Shown: positions 25,881-38,769 of the stretch, piece by piece
Layout of the letters: the number at the start of each line of letters is the position of its first letter
How positions within the stretch are numbered: the first letter of the stretch is position 1
Origin: Octopus bimaculoides
Taxonomy: Eukaryota
Direction: 5' to 3'
NCBI RefSeq assembly: GCF_001194135.2
Contig: NC_069001.1
Coordinates: 21,635,790 to 21,699,534, forward strand
Length of the DNA: 63,745 nt
Position numbers and translations under genes: made by a program
Notes under the pieces: model-generated
The model's database searches: none
What the model saw: the letters and a program-made list of their open reading frames with translations, nothing else
Told to the model about the DNA's origin: nothing

Positions 25881-26090
25881 GCAAGTCCATCCTCTGCCTC
25901 ATTAACTGTATCATACACTCCAAGTCACTATTTTTTCAGCCTAATAATTTACGGACTAAGAGAGATAACTCTTTCCCCAATTTTGCATGTTTCTGATTAC
26001 TTTTTCGTTTCCGAGTTTTTTAACATTCCACTTGTCGGCTCTTTTCGTTTCTTCTCTTTCTAAAATTCTAGTTCCTTATGCCACGTAAGG

Positions 26091-26176
26091 CTGTACTTGA
26101 TGACAGTGCCGAGATGTCAGACGTGTTATAGAACATTGTTTGGCATGTTCTCGGCACATAAAACTAGTATTAACAC
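26091..26176 (+). ncRNA. Degenerate hammerhead motif downstream of the PLE ORF, with a long stem II hairpin
   Basis: TTGATGA..GTGCCGAGA(26106-14)/TCTCGGCAC(26149-57)..TAAAA-CTAG-TA. GAAA is mutated and stem I is poor. Confidence 0.45.
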
Positions 26177-26658
26177 AGACAAAAGATGTATTGTGCCTAT
26201 NNNNNNNNNNNNNNNNNNNNNNNNNNNNNNNNNNNNNNNNNNNNNNNNNNNNNNNNNNNNNNNNNNNNNNNNNNNNNNNNNNNNNNNNNNNNNNNNNNNN
26301 NNNNNNNNNNNNNNNNNNNNNNNNNNNNNNNNNNNNNNNNNNNNNNNNNNNNNNNNNNNNNNNNNNNNNNNNNNNNNNNNNNNNNNNNNNNNNNNNNNNN
26401 NNNNNNNNNNNNNNNNNNNNNNNNNNNNNNNNNNNNNNNNNNNNNNNNNNNNNNNNNNNNNNNNNNNNNNNNNNNNNNNNNNNNNNNNNNNNNNNNNNNN
26501 NNNNNNNNNNNNNNNNNNNNNNNNNNNNNNNNNNNNNNNNNNNNNNNNNNNNNNNNNNNNNNNNNNNNNNNNNNNNNNNNNNNNNNNNNNNNNNNNNNNN
26601 NNNNNNNNNNNNNNNNNNNNNNNNNNNNNNNNNNNNNNNNNNNNNNNNNNNNNNNNNN

Positions 26659-26692
<34 letters not shown>

Positions 26693-27195
26693 ATTACATC
26701 TCTTTAAATTTATTTAAATATAAATTTTGTTGATTTTTTTTTACATAATTCATATCTTTACAAGATATGATAAATTCTAATTATAAGAAGTGATGAATTT
26801 CCTGAAATTGTAAATTCCCGAGAGAAATTGACTCGCAATAAATATTGCGTGTCTGAGGGTTCTCAATGTAACACATACTGGAGTTAACTTCGGTAGTCAT
26901 CCTTCAGGGGTTTATAATATAAGTAAAATACTAGTCAGTTACTGGGCTAGATTCAATTAAACTTGTAGCCATGTCCAAATGTGAGAAATCAATATTTCTG
27001 GAAATAAAGAAGCTCGATCATTTCTTGTCTGTTCTAACGATTGCAAATGCAGCAGACATTTCCAAGAAAATAAAAGAGAAAATAATGATCACGTTATTTA
27101 CCAATTCTGCTTCAGTGACCATTTTAAAACATTGCCATTTCCAACTAACATATTCTCTTGTGTGGTGTGTGTTGGTGTTTAGCTTATTCATTTGT

Positions 27196-27228
<33 letters not shown>

Positions 27229-27448
27229 TTTATTGCAACCTATTTCTGTGCATTTTCCTGCAGGAAAAGCAAACGGAAAAATAAGTATTAAAAAATAAGG
27301 GAAGTGAAGTAACACAATGTATATAACAGCGAAGAAATTATTTCGCCAACTTTGCTTATATTATCATTCGCTATATCTATGTGTATTTAAGTATCTCTCT
27401 TTCTTTCTCTCTCTAGCGTCTGTCTCTCTCTAGCGTCTGTCTCTCATC

Positions 27449-27590
27449 GTCTTCTTCTTCTTCTTCTTCTTCTTCTTCTTCTTCTTCTTCTTCTTCTTCT
27501 TCTTCTTCTTCTTCTTCTTCTTCTTCTTCTTCTTCTTCTTCTTCTTCTTCTTCTTCTTCTTCTTCTTCTTCTTCTTCTTCTTCTTCTTCT
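27449..27590. repeat. (CTT)n microsatellite
   Basis: Seen directly; it explains the poly-Lys ORF 27430-27612. Confidence 0.98.
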
Positions 27591-28434
27591 CTCTCACTTT
27601 GTACTTGTGCATATATATATATATATATATAAATATATATTATTTACCTATATACACAAACTCGTACACATCTATTTGCATGAACAAATGGATGTCTTGA
27701 TGTGCTTGTGGGGGTGGAATGTATTTATGTATGTGAGGTTTTGTGAATGCGTCAATGAACACAACCATCGATAATAGTTGCTAGGTGTCACGAAATTACT
27801 CTATGAGGTTACCATCGTCCAAAGGCGACCGTTTAAGTGGTGCGAACATATACGCATTATATATTAACTACATTTATTTTCCAGCCTCTTTACTGTTCGT
27901 CTTTATTAAATTATACGCATATATATTAATAGAATTATATACTTCCCAAAACCCATGCACCACAACACACAGATATAAATATAGAAAGCAACAATATAAA
28001 AGTAAGATTACATGGTAATCTTCATGTATATATGTCGGTATGTGTATTTGTGTCTGTGTAGAGTTAAAATAAAGAACAAATAGTTTAAAATAGTTATGTA
28101 TTTAATCAACCAAAGCCAACGCTTCCTTCTGTGGATCTTCCCTATTTCCGTTCAAACGCAGCTAAATTTATCTTATTCTTGACTGCAGCTTGATGCTCTT
28201 CTGTAGCGACCATGCGAAGGTAGATTGTGCCTTCTATATTTTACTAGTTGCTACATGACTGGCCTGTCTGCAATCATATCAGCTCAGCTGCCATGGACAA
28301 TTCTAATTTTGTCAGTACCTGGAAAATATTTCATTTCTGTTCATATTGTCTATATTATATTTATCAACTCTATATCTTATTCAGTACTACTAAGGTATGT
28401 CTGAGACTATTATTTTCATTGGTGAATATCGGTA

Positions 28435-28790
28435 TCAAAGGCGGCGAGCTGGCAGAAACGTTAGCACGCCGGGCGAAATGCTTAGCGGAATTTCGTCTGG
28501 GATCGATGTAATCGACTTAACCCCTTTACCTGTCCTTGTTTGTCCCCTCTATGTTTAGCCCCTTGTGGGCAATAAAGAAATAAGAAACGTTTGCACGTCG
28601 GGCGAAATTCTTGACAGTTTTTCATCTGTCTTTACGTTTTGAGTTCAAATTCCGCCAAGGTCGACTTTGCCTTTCATCCTTTCGGGGTCGATAAATTAAG
28701 TACCAGTTACACACTGGGTTCGATCTAATCGACTGGCCCCCACCTCCACCAAAATTTCGGGCCTTGTGCTTAGAGTAGAAAAGAATGTCG
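28435..28790 (+). mobile_element. Dimeric/tandem SINE (Deu/Nin-like central domain family)
   Basis: AAAGGCGGCGAGCTGGCAGAAACGTTAGCACGCCGGGCGAAATGC, then after AATAAAGAAATAAG a second GAAACGTTTGCACGTCGGGCGAAA unit containing TTCATCCTTTCGGGGTCGATAAATTAAGTACCAG. Confidence 0.9.
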
Positions 28791-29039
28791 GTATCACTTT
28801 AATTGGATATTAAGAAAACTCTGGTGTTTCAATTCATGGCCACAATAGAAATTTAATGTTTTATCTACAAAATTGGATTTCTTCCTAACTATTACGTATG
28901 TCTGTTACTGACTGTAACCAAGCAAGTATTTCCTGGTGATTGTTTTATGACATCCTGATTTCAATACTTGTCTCAGTCAATAAAATAGCTTGTTAAGACA
29001 TGTATGTTTAGTACATTATTATCAGTGTAACATATACCT

Positions 29040-29330
29040 TCTTGTTAGTAGATAATATGATTGGTGACCAGCATAATGCCTCTCCTCTCCCATAATGATT
29101 CACGTAGCTTCCCTTTGCGACGTGTGTCGACTTCGTCGTCAATGTTCACAGATCTGGAGAGTGTGCTGCCAGTGTACGTGAACTTATCACTAGCTTTTAG
29201 GGTTTCCTCTTCGACAGTGATTGCTGGCACCACATACTGCTTTTGTGGGCAGTTTCGTGCATGAGCTTTGTCTTCTCAGTACTGATCGTGTGACCAAAGT
29301 TGTTACAAGCAGTGGAAAAACAGTTCAGAT
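29040..29330 (-). mobile_element. RTE-clade LINE reverse-transcriptase fragment
   Basis: FSTACNNFGHTISTEKTKLMH..PAITVEEETLKASDKFTYTGSTLSRSVNIDDEVDTR..LWERRGI matches the RT C-terminal region of RTE/BovB-like LINEs. Confidence 0.85.
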
Positions 29331-29414
29331 GATAATTATATAAGGATATTCACATCATGAAAATTTCCACTTCAGGTGTTTGTGATATTTGATATATATT
29401 AGTTCTAAATATTG

Positions 29415-29560
29415 GCACAAGGTCGAGAATTTCGGGTGTGGGGTGGGGTGTTAGTTGGTAACATCGACCCAGTGTTCAAGCGGTACTCATTTTTCTCGAC
29501 CCCGAAAGGATGAAAGGCAAAGTCGATGCCGGTGGAATTGTAACTCAGAACATAAGGACA
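29415..29560 (-). mobile_element. SINE (Deu/Nin-like family)
   Basis: CTCGACCCCGAAAGGATGAAAGGCAAAGTCGA..GGAATTGTAACTCAGAAC is the reverse complement of the family core. Confidence 0.85.
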
Positions 29561-30019
29561 GTATTTGATATATATTAAGAATGTATGCAGGGAGTAATTT
29601 GTCTGCTTTGTAAATGTTGGACTATGTTGGAATGAATTTCATTAGTTCTGACAAAAATACTTTGAAACAAAAGCATTTCCTGTCTCTTTTCCCGATAGTC
29701 TGTGAGATTTTCAGTTGTGTATTCAATTTCAGGTGTATCCGTGATTTCTTAGTACACTATTGCTTTTAACCGAAACAATAACCGATTTACAAGTTGCAAC
29801 AAATATTTAATATGTCGTTAACAATATTGCAAATCAGATCTATTAGTATTTTGTTTTAATGTGTGCGGGATATATAGTATATGATATTGTTTTGCTACTA
29901 AAACTATGACATATTATAAATGCATTACGTGATAAGGCATGCACACTTGGAAATAAAGTAAAGTTAAAAGATCTTTATGCTCTTGAAAGTACTATCCCAA
30001 TACGCAACTCCACAACAAC

Positions 30020-30260
30020 ACATTTAAGGGGAGCTGACATCCAGTGCATTAAGGCGATTGTATACAGCTTGTTTGCGCTGGAATGGATAACTTGTATGGA
30101 TGAAATATCAGAGTATCTCTAAGTAAATACTATATGGCGAACTGGTTTGTGGAAGGCGTCCTCTGAAGAAACCGAGACTACGACTTAAGGATTGTAGAAA
30201 ACCCTCGTTGAAGGCATGCATTCATAACAGCAGCGGTGCCCCCAGATGTGCTTCTGTTCG
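30020..30260 (+). mobile_element. RTE-clade LINE C-terminal remnant
   Basis: Decayed ADIQCIKAIV..LRWNG..VWM..SK*ILYGELVCG.RPLKKPRLR matches the LRWxGHxxRM..PKxxLYGEL..G.R motif. Confidence 0.6.
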
Positions 30261-30684
30261 ATTGTTAGGATATCAACAATTGTTGAGCTCTATCTTTTGG
30301 CTATGAAGTGAAGGGCCAGTCTTTTGCATGGATAGTTGGTGGAGAGAAATTATTGTCTGCTCCATGTTTGATAATCAAGCACAGCAACTGACATTTCCTT
30401 AGAATCGATTCTCTAGTGAGAAAGAGATGACGGCAGTTTAACTTGTATATCCTAGCTGCAAAAGGCAGCAAAATATCCCACAATATTTAGTTGTTAAATA
30501 GACGTTTTGCATTATAAATAGAATTATTTGTAACTTTTACAAAAAGTTACCACCCCCAAACGCAATTACTGATACCAAGAAATGCAGATTATCAAATATC
30601 ATGATATTTCCATATATTTGTAAATATAATATCTGATTCGAAAAACTGTTTATTTTAAGGGAATTCAAGATATTTTAAAGTTTA

Positions 30685-31076
30685 CAGAAGGTAAAATGAT
30701 GCTGTTGCAATATGAAGGTTATAAAGAATAACTTTTAATAATTCTCTGTTTTCAAGGACGAAACCGACTCTCTCAAAACAAATTTTGATATTAACCAACT
30801 ATTGTGATTAATATCTTCAATAATTAATATCGAATTCGCTTAACCAGTGGTAGCCCATGCAGCTTCTAACTTACGTATTTTACTACTGTCTCTTTAATTT
30901 CTCTATTTAGATAATCTGCGTCAGTTTCGAAATTATTTTTGATATCTATTCTTTTTTGTTGTTATGATCGTCGTTTGAATTTTAAGCATCTGAGTCGGTT
31001 TCGTCCTTGAAAACAGAGAATCATTAAAAGTTATTCTTCATACCCTTATATTGCAACAGCCTCATTTCACCTTCTG
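30685..31076. repeat. Inverted repeat, ~86-bp arms with a ~220-bp spacer (MITE-like)
   Basis: 30685-30770 is the reverse complement of 30992-31076 with a few mismatches (e.g. TCTGTTTTCAAGGACGAAACCGACTC / GAGTCGGTTTCGTCCTTGAAAACAGA). Confidence 0.9.
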
Positions 31077-31209
31077 AGTAACATACAGCTGATTCTTTAT
31101 ATATCATGTTTCTGATTTGTATTCTGATATACTGAGAAATTTTCGAGTAACCAGTTTATAAGTTTCGTCTTCTTCTGAGTGTCACGTAACTGTGATTTAT
31201 GTTAAGACA

Positions 31210-31470
31210 GCGAACTAGCAGAATCGTTAGCATGCCGGGCAAAATGCTTAGCGGCATTTTGCCCATCTTTACGTTCTGAGTTCAAAGTCTGTCGAGATCG
31301 AGTTTGCTTTTCATCCTTTATGGGGGTCGATGAAATAAAGTACTAGTTGAGTACTTTTTCATCCTTTATGGGGGTCGATGAAATAAAGTACCAGTTGAGT
31401 ACTGGGGTTGACCAAATCAACCTATTCTTCCTCGAAAAATTGCTGATATTGTACCAAAACTTGAATGCAA
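31210..31470 (+). mobile_element. SINE (Deu/Nin-like family) with an internal tandem duplication
   Basis: TTTCATCCTTTATGGGGGTCGATGAAATAAAGTAC occurs twice in tandem (about 31308-31392). Confidence 0.85.
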
Positions 31471-33524
31471 TTGTGCTTTATGTAGAAGAGAGCACTTTGA
31501 ATCTGTTATAGATATTATTTGCATATTCAGAAGAGATATTCTAATTTCATTCTCATAATACAACGCTGTAGAGTGTGCAAATTAAGTTGAAACAATATTT
31601 TGAACTGGTCCAACTGAAGAGAATAGAAACAATTCGTTACATTTTCCTTCTCAAAGTCTAATGGATTTTAGAATGATCACGCTTAAAAGTTCAAAGCAAA
31701 CTACTTAGCATTACAAAAATTGTGTTGTTAATAAGAAATTTATATTTAATTTGAATAAGACAAGGCTTCAATCATTCCATTAAAAGTACTTATAACATTA
31801 TCTAAACCTAGTTTCGTATTGAAGTCCCTTGTGACATGCGAAAAGCTAAATCGTCATTATAAAATATTCTTCTTTAGCAGAGTTATGAAGACTAGAACAA
31901 CAGATAATATTTACTTATGATTTCCTCTTAAATAAAAAAAAACTAACACAGTTACGGATATAGATTCCTTGTGAGAACAAAATACTTATATCAAAACAGT
32001 GAAGTTTATATTGCTGTTGACTGCGATTGAAGTACTGAACATTGTAATCATTAAGCTCTTCATAATATGAAATAAAATAATCTTATATCCATAAATATTA
32101 AGGATATCAATAACTGGTATTTATACAAGAATTGGTCTTTTGCACATTAAGTGAAATATGCACATTAAGTGAAATTTCACATATTGTGAAATATGAAAAT
32201 GTGAAAATTATTACCACTCCTCATTAGCATAGTGACCACAATTATCATTAATCATTGTAACCCCTACCTACGAGCATGGTGAACGCTTTATCTGAATTCC
32301 TTTACTGTGACCATTGCCTGTCAAATGGAAAGATACTTGTACTTCTCTCTTCTAAACTTTCAAACAAATATATCTATCGCTACTTACATAGCCACACATA
32401 TACAAGCACTGCTAAAACTATTCCATATGTTAACGGACATAAATGCTATTTTTATATATAGTAAGAAAGAATGGACAATACAAAGACTTCTATAAATAAA
32501 GAATAAATACTTTTCACTGCCATGGAAATTTCTTGTTCAACATTTACAATCATCTGGCATTGAGAGAAAGATGAAAAGAAATGCAAAGAAAATGGTAATT
32601 GCAAGAATTCCTATTTAAGAATTTCCGAATAAGAAACACAAATAGAACTAAAAAACATATTCTTTCGTGACATTTATGTTTTATTTGCGAAACAAAAAAT
32701 GTTTCTGCAGCTCTTTTACATCCGACTCTTCTTCTAGGTTTTCATTTTTTAGTATATATTTTTGAAAACTTTGTTTTTATTGATATCGTAGAACGTTTTG
32801 CAGTTATTGTTGCCTTTGTCTTTAGTTCCATTTTTAATAACATAAAAACAGCCACGGAAAAATAGACAATATTTTACCTGCTTAATTTTTACCTGCAATT
32901 TATTACCTGCTTAGTTAACGATATGTTATCAGACTAGGAATTAACGTAAAGAAAGAAGTTGTCTCATAACGGATTGCTTCTTATAAAAATCAGCATATAT
33001 ATATATTTGACCTCAACGACTATGATTTCTACATTTCGTCTGCTCAAGCCAATGCATTCCAATGTTTCTACAATTAAAAAAAAACCATGCGTTCGATTCT
33101 GAGTTGACACAGCTCACCTTTGGTTTTCTTTACTATATGATTTTGCATCTGCGTCCAAACATAGTTTAACTATCTCGTTTTCGCGTTTAATGATTAATTA
33201 TTAATCTAAACAAAGCACTTAATTTACACACTGAATAACTGTTTTGTTAAATGACAAAACAAATTGACAGTCATAATGAACCAAACAAATTCAATGAAGG
33301 CTACCATTCAATCTGTATATCAGTGAGCAACGAACTAGATTATATCAAATATAATAAAATCATATAAATTACATCTCTCTCACAACTTTAGAAGAATAAC
33401 AGTGATCTAAAGAATGGATGTATGAAAGGAAATTCTTTGGAGATCGAATCAAAATAAAATAATCCTGAAAATGTATAGAGATGTGTCCCTTATTTTCATC
33501 AGGAGCATATATTCTCTAATATGA

Positions 33525-33730
33525 AGGCGGTGAGCTAGTAGAATCGTTACGGTGACGGGAAAAAACACTCAGCGGAATTTCTTCCGACTTTACGTTATAA
33601 GTTCAAATGACTTGGCATGTCATCCTTTCCAGGTCAACTCTGGAATTACAGTTCAACACTGGAATCGATGATCGAATCGACTTAGTCCCGCCCTCGAAAT
33701 TGCTTGTCTTGTGGCAACGTTTGAATCTAA
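33525..33730 (+). mobile_element. SINE (Deu/Nin-like family), decayed
   Basis: AAGGCGGTGAGCTAGTAGAATCGTTA...CATCCTTTCC...AATCGACT...GTCTTGTGGC. Confidence 0.75.
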
Positions 33731-34014
33731 AATGAATAGGTACATCTTGCATCGGCATATTCAGTGAGTTTAACTACTAAAATTATTGATATATAGTTTA
33801 AGCTATCCTAATGAGAATTTTAAAAAACCTTCGATGACTTCGAGTGTGAGTGTAGTATATCAAATATAGAAGAGATATACACTACCAAATTTTGAAATGA
33901 CTGTATTAAATCCAAGATGTGCACAGACTATAAGCCACTTCAATGTGAAATATAAAAACTTGCACAGTTTTTGAAAACAATTCATTAGCCTTACATTTAA
34001 TAATCCTTTCTACT

Positions 34015-34200
34015 AAAGGCACAAGGCATCAAATTTTGGGGGAGAGAAACAGTCGATTACATCGACCTCAGTGTTTCACTGGTACTTTTTTTATCGACCC
34101 CGGAAGAATGAAAGGCAAAGTCGACCTCGGCGGAATTTGAGGTCAGAACGTAAGGACGGACGAAATGCCACTAAACATTTTGCCCAGAGTGCTAGCGATT
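34015..34200 (-). mobile_element. SINE (Deu/Nin-like family); a further decayed minus-strand copy lies at 34455-34590
   Basis: TTATCGACCCCGGAAGAATGAAAGGCAAAGTCGACCTCGGCGGAATTTGA. Confidence 0.85.
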
Positions 34201-34760
34201 GTCCTTACATTTAATAATAACTTTTAGATTAATAACGTTTCGATTAAATATTTTTCAATTTAGAACTGTTCATGCTGCTCGCATCCTACCCTAATTCTCG
34301 TGTCGTTAAGTAGACAGAAGATAAAACTAACTTTGGATATTTATGATTCACTAGAATCAGATTATTCATATTTGTTTTCTTTTTTTAACGCCACTCACAG
34401 TGAAAGATCAGATACAATTAACATTTCATGGCATTCGACACTAGTGATATAAGCTTTTCTATTATAGGCGCAAATCTTGAAGAGTTTTGAGAGAAAGAGT
34501 AAGTCAATTATATCGACTCCAGTACACTACTGCTACTTATTTCATCGACTTTAAAAATAGACCTCGGTGGAATTTGAACTCAGAACGTAAAGAGGAATGA
34601 AAGAGAATAAATGGTAAACAAACATTATATTGAATGGTTGACCAGGCCAAAATGCTTGCAAAATTGTAAGCTGCTAAAGGTTCACAAGTATTTGAACATC
34701 AGAATAAACCAGAGATCAGAAACCACCGCGGCAAGTCTAAGATTCTGGCACATATATCTG

Positions 34761-34855
34761 GCAGATATTTTGGGTCTAGAATAACATTTTGGCATATATT
34801 TTCGAGCTAGAATAACCTGTTGGCATATATTTTGGAGCTAAAATAGCCTTATCAT
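34761..34855. repeat. ~31-bp minisatellite, three diverged copies
   Basis: GGCAGATATTTTGGGTCTAGAATAACATTTT / GGCATATATTTTCGAGCTAGAATAACCTGTT / GGCATATATTTTGGAGCTAAAATAGCCTT. Confidence 0.85.
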
Positions 34856-35559
34856 TAAAAATATCTCCTATTTTGGACATAATTTTAGTGCTAGTGACGA
34901 GAGCCAGAGAACTACTTCGCAGTTTATTGTCAAGTGTATTTTAAACCCTTCATGTTAAATCGTTTCATTTATGGATAATACTATAAAAGCTAAAAAAAAG
35001 AAACATCATTTATAACGACGTTTCATGGGGCTAAACAGTAACAATCGTCCCATCCAGGACTGCCACATTGACAAATAGTCTTTACTATAAATGCTACATC
35101 TTGTGAAGGAGCGAGGATGCATTACCAATGGTTGGAACTGAGTTAATCGGATGTTTTATGTCTTTCAACATGAGAAATATTTGACTATCTGATTATACAG
35201 ACGCATTGATGCACCGTCATGCACCACAGGTACAACTGTCGATAAATCAAGCTAATTAATCCAAAGCCACTTAGCGGATTTCTCAGCAGCTGTGTCTACT
35301 GAAAATCAGGCTTCTTCTATGCCATTCATGTAAAATCCAATCTTTTGAGAACATTGTATATCAAGCATCTTGCTAAATATCCTTTTTAAAGTAAAGCTGT
35401 TGAATCTGGTTGCTGAATATAGCATTTAATTAGTGGTTATTGGTCTATTCTACGTGTAAACAGAGACTGTGTGTGAAAGGAGATTCGATGCTAACGCTGA
35501 TTAAATTTATATGTTAACGACAAAGTCAGTTTTAATATTACCTCTCTTACTAACTTATA

Positions 35560-35885
35560 TTTTTTAACAAGCTAGCTGGCTAATCGGAACACCAGTGCCT
35601 GTCCTGACAGTGCCAGTCTACGTGTCATTGGCAAGCAGATAAATCGCTGTTGCCTCTAGCGGTCGATCGTCCATCGTTGACAAAGCTAAACAGACCAAAA
35701 TCATGTGATCTGGTGGTCTCCGCGCTGGAAGTAGCGGGAATTTATCTCTCCCATAGTGACATAAACAAAAGTGCATGTTGCACCAAAGAGCCAATATAAA
35801 AAATTCTCTCGAGGTAACTACTGCAGTATAGTTTTCTCTTATAGAACATCCAGATTTAAGCAGCGTTAAATCTTATCTTACCTCT
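35560..35885 (+). mobile_element. Hammerhead-bearing interspersed repeat, copy C (HHR relic at 35671-35716)
   Basis: CCATCG-TTGACAA-[decayed stem II]-AAAA-TCATGTGA-TC-TGGTGG. Stem I CCATCG/TGGTGG pairs fully; GAAA has become AAAA. Confidence 0.8.
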
Positions 35886-35899
35886 CTCTAACACTGACT

Positions 35900-36450
35900 T
35901 GCAGCAGAGCTTATCCTTTGTTATACTAGGTTCAACATAGTGATGTTGCAAATCCGCTTCCGACTTCTATAATTGCATTTCAACTTAATTTATTTTAAGG
36001 ATCTGTTGGGTCCTGCAGAATTTTTCTCAAATATATCTTATAACTAAGTTCTTTGAGAGGTTTGATAGCCAAAAATAATCCTCAAGATATTAACAGCTCC
36101 ATTCAGGATTTTCTAGAGGAATAACATGCAATAATGTTTGTCATTATCGACATGTTGATGATTTCACAGATGATGCAATTTATTTTCCATGTTCTTTGCC
36201 CTCACAATTTCTGCATAATATCCATAGCGCAGGTATATGCATAACATTAGGTAAGTTGGTTTTCATGTAAATCCAGCCAAGAGCCTATCAGTAGCCATGG
36301 GGTTCTATGATCATGCAGCGTTCATCACTATACATTTTTAAAATTCCCAATATCTAAGCTAGCCTAGATGTAATGTCAAATTGCAGTTATTTCAATTTGC
36401 AGTTTTTCCTACATTTAAAATGTTCCGTGAACAATACGGGGAAAGATTTC
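35900..36450 (-). pseudogene. Possible highly decayed hAT-type transposase relic
   Basis: Fragments such as MKTNLPNVMHI and IVRAKNMENKLH loosely resemble the region around the CxxH motif of hAT transposases. There are many stops. Confidence 0.25.
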
Positions 36451-38769
36451 TCCAGTCTCTCCCCTACAGGAAGTCTGATCCAACAGTATTTGATATCATT
36501 ACTGCCAGAGCAAAATATTATACTATATTAACAGGGTGAGGAGAAAGTCTAAGATTATTAGCAGGTAGTAGTAGTTGTTTCAGTAACAACAGAAGTAGTA
36601 TCAGTTGATATGGTGGCTGTTGTAGTAAAGTATATGAAATTCAAAGGCTTGCTTTGCGTTTTGAGCTCTGTTATAAACATGATAACCAAAATTTATACTA
36701 TTTCAGAGCCTTAGTCAATTAACAATTACCTTAATGCAAAACAAAATTCTTTCATTTTATATATTCGTTCAGTTTCTAAGACTTCCGTCTACTTTCGCTT
36801 TCAACTGTCTGGGTTCTAAAACCATTTAGTTTTAATATATGAGTGCAATTTTGATTCTAGTACAAAGTTGGAAATTTAGAAATGGGAAGTTTTAAATATT
36901 TCTAAGCTATATATTCTGGATAAAGAACTTTAAACCAATTTAAATAGTCTTCTTTTGTAGTGTAACAGGAACATTATAAATTTTAAAAGCAAAATCAGTA
37001 AACGAAACACAGCAATTGGTATGTATCTTGTAACAGAGGACTATAGAGCGAACAGTTTTCACCAATACTAATCAGGTAGTAACTGAATTGGCAGTGTTGA
37101 TACTATTGATATTATTCAATAAAATTTACGTATCGGTACACAACATTATTAAGAAACACTAAATAACTATTTCTTTTGAATAATAAAAATATAGCCTTTG
37201 GTGTTATTGTTAATAACCAGTTTAGTATATTTCGATTATTTTATAAATCATATCAAATAATACTACAAATAGAAGATCATTGAACCAAAGAGTATACACT
37301 ATATTTTGACCCGTATCTATGATCTAAGATCTAAGACAAGACAAAACATTTGTTTGAATTTGATTCTAATTTCTATCGAGTATTAACTTAAGTCGATCCC
37401 ATTTTCTGCTCATCCCTCTAAACTTTGTAGCATTCTATGAAAGAATTTATTGTAGAGCACTCAATACTGATGAGATGGGTAAAAGTGTTGACTATAAGAA
37501 TACAATCACCGCACATCTCGTTTTTTGTTCCTCATTGACAGGTTTGATAAATCAGCAAACAATCATACGCTAGAGTGTATATCCCATCAAATTTATGCTC
37601 TTTCAAAAGCTATATCACATGGTGCCACTTTAGTAAATCTTAGTTACATGAATCTGTAGAAATGCAATTCACATTTATAAATATATAGATGTTTGTGCAT
37701 GAGTGAGTGCGTGTATGTGTACAGGGCAAGTTATATCATGTAGAAAGTGGACGTACCACAATGTTCTTGTCTCATAGTTCTTGTATCTTACTTTCTCTTC
37801 TGACTCTAGTAGTAACTATTTACAGGTAAACCTCAGAAAATGAATAAAAGACGGAGACTAAAGCTAAGTAGCAAATTTACTGGCTGCTTAATGACTGAAT
37901 TCTTTACTCGTTTTATATTATTCACCTTTTTTTTATTTCTTTACTTCAACACTTGGCTCTGTTTCATTTTGTTTTTAAGCAATTCTACATTTTTAGTAAT
38001 CTAATGGCGAGAAAAATATTAGATTAGCTGAGTTCTTGCTGGCAGCGATAAGATGTCGAATAGTAACATCAAGGATCGGTGAACAATCGAACAAATTCAA
38101 TATAATCTTAATGCAAACGCACATACAAAAAGACGGGGAAACACTGATAATGTAAATGTGACTGAAGAGTAAGAATAATGGCTAAATGATTGTAGAGATC
38201 TAAAACTACACGCTTAAAGAGAAGAAACTTTGAAATAGTTAAATAGTAAAATAGCCTTCTGAAATAAAAATCAAATAAAATAGACACAAATTTGGAATAA
38301 AGTTGAATACTTTACTTAAATGTAACTGCAAAAAAAAAAAAATAAATAAATAAAATAAAGAATTCCGTTTCGTTCTATTTTCTGAGCAGTTTTTAATCAA
38401 ATTTCGTGTTTGCACTAAGTCTCAAATTTTGTGTAACCAGGTTCGAATGCCAGATTGCCTGTAGAGGAAATACAATTTTTATTTTCCAATTTCTGGTATC
38501 TTGCTTCTTTGGTATCAACACTTTCAACTATCGTGCATTGCTATAAATATTATTCTAATACTGTGTGTTAACTACTGTTGTGTAATGAAAAACTAATTTT
38601 ATAGAACGAATTCTAGTAATTCATTGCTATATATTCAGATGACATGTAACAAGCTGTGCCTCAATAAACCATGTAAGCGGGGAATACATTAATACCATCT
38701 ACGTCACGAATGTCATTTTATAAACGATGATTTCATACCTTGCTAATCCTTTCCTTAATATTGATTTCA

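Noticed and set aside
28100-28330. Exon-like segment on minus after the acceptor-like TTTTCCAG
   Set aside because: All three frames contain stops; a non-coding exon cannot be shown from sequence alone.
3431-34855. Short tandem arrays at 3431, 21035 and 34761 as CRISPR-like arrays
   Set aside because: No unique spacers, no cas genes and a eukaryotic context; these are ordinary minisatellites.
37467-37525. CTGATGA followed by a GATG/CATC stem
   Set aside because: No GAAA, stem III or stem I; probably a chance match.
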